Part shown: positions 61,594 to 64,000 of the stretch, piece by piece
How the letters are laid out: each line of letters begins with the position of its first letter
Numbering within the stretch: position 1 is the first letter of the stretch
Assembly (NCBI GenBank): GCA_040768745.1
Contig: JAXGMI010000001.1
Coordinates: 1,472,001 to 1,536,000, forward strand
Source of the DNA: Desulfomicrobium sp.
GTDB taxonomy: Bacteria > Desulfobacterota > Desulfovibrionia > Desulfovibrionales > Desulfomicrobiaceae
Length of the DNA stretch: 64,000 bases
Direction: 5' to 3'
Made by a program: the position numbers and the translations under genes
Notes under the pieces: model-generated
What the model saw: the letters and a program-made list of their open reading frames with translations, nothing else
Databases searched by the model: none
What the model was told of the DNA's origin: nothing

Positions 61594-62379
61594 ATGCGTT
61601 TCCTCGTTTTCCTTTTTTTCCTTCTGGGTATGGCCGGGCCCGTGTGGTCTGCCGGAATGGGTGAGTCCTCAACCCATGCGGGGCATGGTCACGGTGCGGG
61701 ATACCAGCTTCTCCTGGCCACGGACCCTGCCACGGTGGAGGCAGGCAAGCCAGTTCGTCTGGATCTGGTGCTGAAAGACGACTTTGGGTCGGCGGTCACG
61801 GAACTGGAGGTTGTCCATGAAAAGAAGCTGCACCTTTTTGTCATCCGCCAGGGTCTTGATGTTTTTGCCCACCTGCATCCTGAAATGGATGCGGCCGGGG
61901 TGATGAGCATGGGCCTCGTCTTCCCGGTGGGAGGAACCTATCTGGTGTATGCGGATTTCAAGCCCCAGAACGCCGAGGGCATGACCCTCATGGCCAAGGT
62001 GCAGGTTGCGGGAGATGCCCCGGCCGCCCCGCCACTGCAGCCGCATGTTCCCGGGAGGGTGCAGACTGCGGACCTGTTGGCCGACATCAGCGTGCAGAAG
62101 AGCTATGGCAGGCGCCAAATCGGCTTCACGCTTTCCGGATTGGATGGGTCTCCGGTCGCGGATCTGGAGCCATATCTGGGGGCCATGGGACACCTGGTGG
62201 TGGTCAGCGCGGATGGGCACACGTTCGTGCATGCGCACCCCGTAACAGGCGCAAAACCCAGCGAAGTGGTTTTTGACGTGCATTTCCCGGGCCCCGGGGT
62301 GTACAAGGGGTGGGGACAATTCCAGAGATCCGGGAAGGTCCACGAGGTGGGGTTTGTGGTGGATGTCAGCGGGAATTGA
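61594..62379 (+). CDS. Exported His-rich putative metal-binding protein
   Basis: Signal peptide; HAGHGH; duplicated HEKKLHLFV..FAHLHP / MGHLVVV..FVHAHP. Confidence 0.75.
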   Translation: MRFLVFLFFLLGMAGPVWSAGMGESSTHAGHGHGAGYQLLLATDPATVEAGKPVRLDLVLKDDFGSAVTELEVVHEKKLHLFVIRQGLDVFAHLHPEMDAAGVMSMGLVFPVGGTYLVYADFKPQNAEGMTLMAKVQVAGDAPAAPPLQPHVPGRVQTADLLADISVQKSYGRRQIGFTLSGLDGSPVADLEPYLGAMGHLVVVSADGHTFVHAHPVTGAKPSEVVFDVHFPGPGVYKGWGQFQRSGKVHEVGFVVDVSGN

Positions 62380-62827
62380 TGGGGGGCGGCAGTTTTTTTG
62401 CTGCCTGCGCGCTGGCTAACTTCCACAAGAGAACCATGAAATGCGGCAATCCAGGCGACCTTGCAAAGCGTGCCGTCCGTTCCTGAACAAGGAATTTTGG
62501 CTTGACGCTCCAGGAAGCCGCAAATGCCTGGTGTTTCCACGATGTGGTCAGGATCGGGTGCATCAAGTACCGCTTGGGATGATGCGCATCCCTCTTGGCC
62601 AGGGACTCAAGATTTATTGCAGACGACGAGCAGATGCCGGATGCATGCGCTGATTGTTCCAAATTTGTTGCCGCCTGCTTGAGGCTTGCAATCATCGGGT
62701 CCGGTGTTTGGGTTGCATTTGTCAAGGATTGTGGCGTTCCCTGCCTTTGTTCTGAGGGAAATTTTCATTATCGGCACATTATTGTGCGAACTTATATCTA
62801 ATCCAGCCAGACGATCGAGGAGAAGGC

Positions 62828-63343
62828 ATGGAATATTCGTTACGCCGGAAGGCAAGAAAAATCGAGGACGCTGAGGCGGTGGAGGTGCTCCGACGCTGTG
62901 ATTGGGGAGTGCTATCCCTTGCCGGGTCCGATGGAATGCCCTACGGGGTGCCGCTTAATTACGTCCTGCAGGATACGGGGGACAGGCTTCGGCTGATCTT
63001 TCATTGTGCCCGTGAAGGCCGAAAGATCGAATGTCTGAAGAGTAGGCCTCACGGGGCCTTCGTAGTGGTGGAAGATCCCAGGATCCTTCCGGACAAGTTC
63101 AGCACCGCGTACGCCAGCGCCATGGTCTCCGGGCGGGTTGCAATCGTTGATGATCCCGATGCGAAGAGGGAACTTCTGAAGTTTTTCGTGCAGAAGCTGG
63201 CCCCGGATTTTTTGGAGAGGGGCGACAGGCATATCGAACATCGTCTGCACGAATGCCTTGTCTTGCAGATGGAGATCGAGAGCTTGTGCGGGAAGGGCCG
63301 GAAATGGGAGGAGCCGTACGCCCTGGCCCATCTCGGCTTCTAG
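62828..63343 (+). CDS. Pyridoxamine 5'-phosphate oxidase-like flavin-binding protein (NimA-like)
   Basis: LRRKAR, GVLSL, PYGVPLNY, FHCAREGRK, FSTAYASAMVSG. Confidence 0.85.
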   Translation: MEYSLRRKARKIEDAEAVEVLRRCDWGVLSLAGSDGMPYGVPLNYVLQDTGDRLRLIFHCAREGRKIECLKSRPHGAFVVVEDPRILPDKFSTAYASAMVSGRVAIVDDPDAKRELLKFFVQKLAPDFLERGDRHIEHRLHECLVLQMEIESLCGKGRKWEEPYALAHLGF

Positions 63344-63375
63344 ATCGTAGGACAGCCGCCTGAACGGAGGGTTTT

Positions 63376-64000
63376 TCAGTCTTCCCGCCGAAGCAGTTCG
63401 AGCAGCGCGGGCAGCAGATGCGCGTTCGCCGCGGCGAGGCGGTTTGTCCGCAATGGCGCCTCCTCCGTGAAGATGTCCGAGACCTGTCCGCCCGCTTCCG
63501 TGATGAGCAGCATTCCCGCCGCGATGTCCCAGGCCTTGAGGCTCTCGACGAAAAAAGCGTCCAGCCGGCCAGCCGCGACGTAGGCCAGGTCGAGGGCGGC
63601 GGCCCCGGCCCGGCGGACGCCGGCCGCGTGCGAGGTCAACCTGCAAAATCTTTTCAGATAGGCATCCAGTCCCGGCCAGGAGGGCGGCGGAAAGACCGTG
63701 CCCGCCAGCGCCTTGTCCATCGAATTCACGTCCGAGACGGCCATGGGTTTGCCGTCGAGGAAAGCCCCGCGGCCGGCCACGGCCCAGAAGGTTTCGCCGC
63801 GCACCGGGTCGGCGATCACGCCCACGACGACCTCGTCGTCCACGGTCAGGGCCAGGGAGACGGCGTAAAAGGGAAAGCCGTGCACGTAGTTCATGGTTCC
63901 GTCGAGGGGGTCGACGATCCAGCGGCAGCGCGAATGGCCGCGCGCGCCGCCTTCCTCGCCCGTGAAGGCGAAATCGGGAAAGGCGGCCTGCAGCCGGCCG
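63376..64000 (-). CDS. Inositol monophosphatase (SuhB-like), 5' end outside the window
   Basis: FTGEEG..WIVDPLDGTMNYVHG, GAAALDLAYVAAGRLD, WDIAAG. Confidence 0.92.
   Translation of the reverse strand, partial: GRLQAAFPDFAFTGEEGGARGHSRCRWIVDPLDGTMNYVHGFPFYAVSLALTVDDEVVVGVIADPVRGETFWAVAGRGAFLDGKPMAVSDVNSMDKALAGTVFPPPSWPGLDAYLKRFCRLTSHAAGVRRAGAAALDLAYVAAGRLDAFFVESLKAWDIAAGMLLITEAGGQVSDIFTEEAPLRTNRLAAANAHLLPALLELLRRED

Overview
A GC-rich (roughly 60%) chromosomal segment from a sulfate-reducing deltaproteobacterium of the Desulfovibrionales. A Desulfomicrobium-like origin is inferred from gene content and order. Most of the window is core or flagellar DNA: dnaE-queD-dtd; a sigma54-driven CgeB-type glycosyltransferase; fliK-flgD-flgE; flaG and a divergent flagellin; rnc; an acyl-CoA synthetase plus DRTGG pair; cimA; a sigma54 activator with lpxB; the tRNA-Gly/rimP-nusA-infB-rbfA-truB-rpsO-pnp region; flgFGAHIJ-flgNKL-csrA-fliW; flgM; and nadK-DUF89-mltA-DUF4254-gatB. 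The accessory part is a giant (~2,540 aa if repaired) mosaic surface-protein gene at 589-8204. It carries DUF4347, six RCC1-like repeats, VCBS modules, a low-GC lipase, RTX repeats, Big_5, propeller repeats and DUF4214, and it is broken by one frameshift and one in-frame TGA. Signals not explained by the ORF list include: an Ile/Thr leader-peptide attenuator for cimA; a sigma54 promoter with three palindromic candidate enhancer sites next to an atypical activator; a set of sigma54 and sigma28 flagellar promoters; a head-to-head rnc arrangement; a long pnp leader hairpin; a MITE-like element; and an unusual DUF89 plus nucleotide-glycosidase-like fusion protein translationally coupled to NAD kinase. 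All family assignments come from motif recognition by eye, not from database searches.
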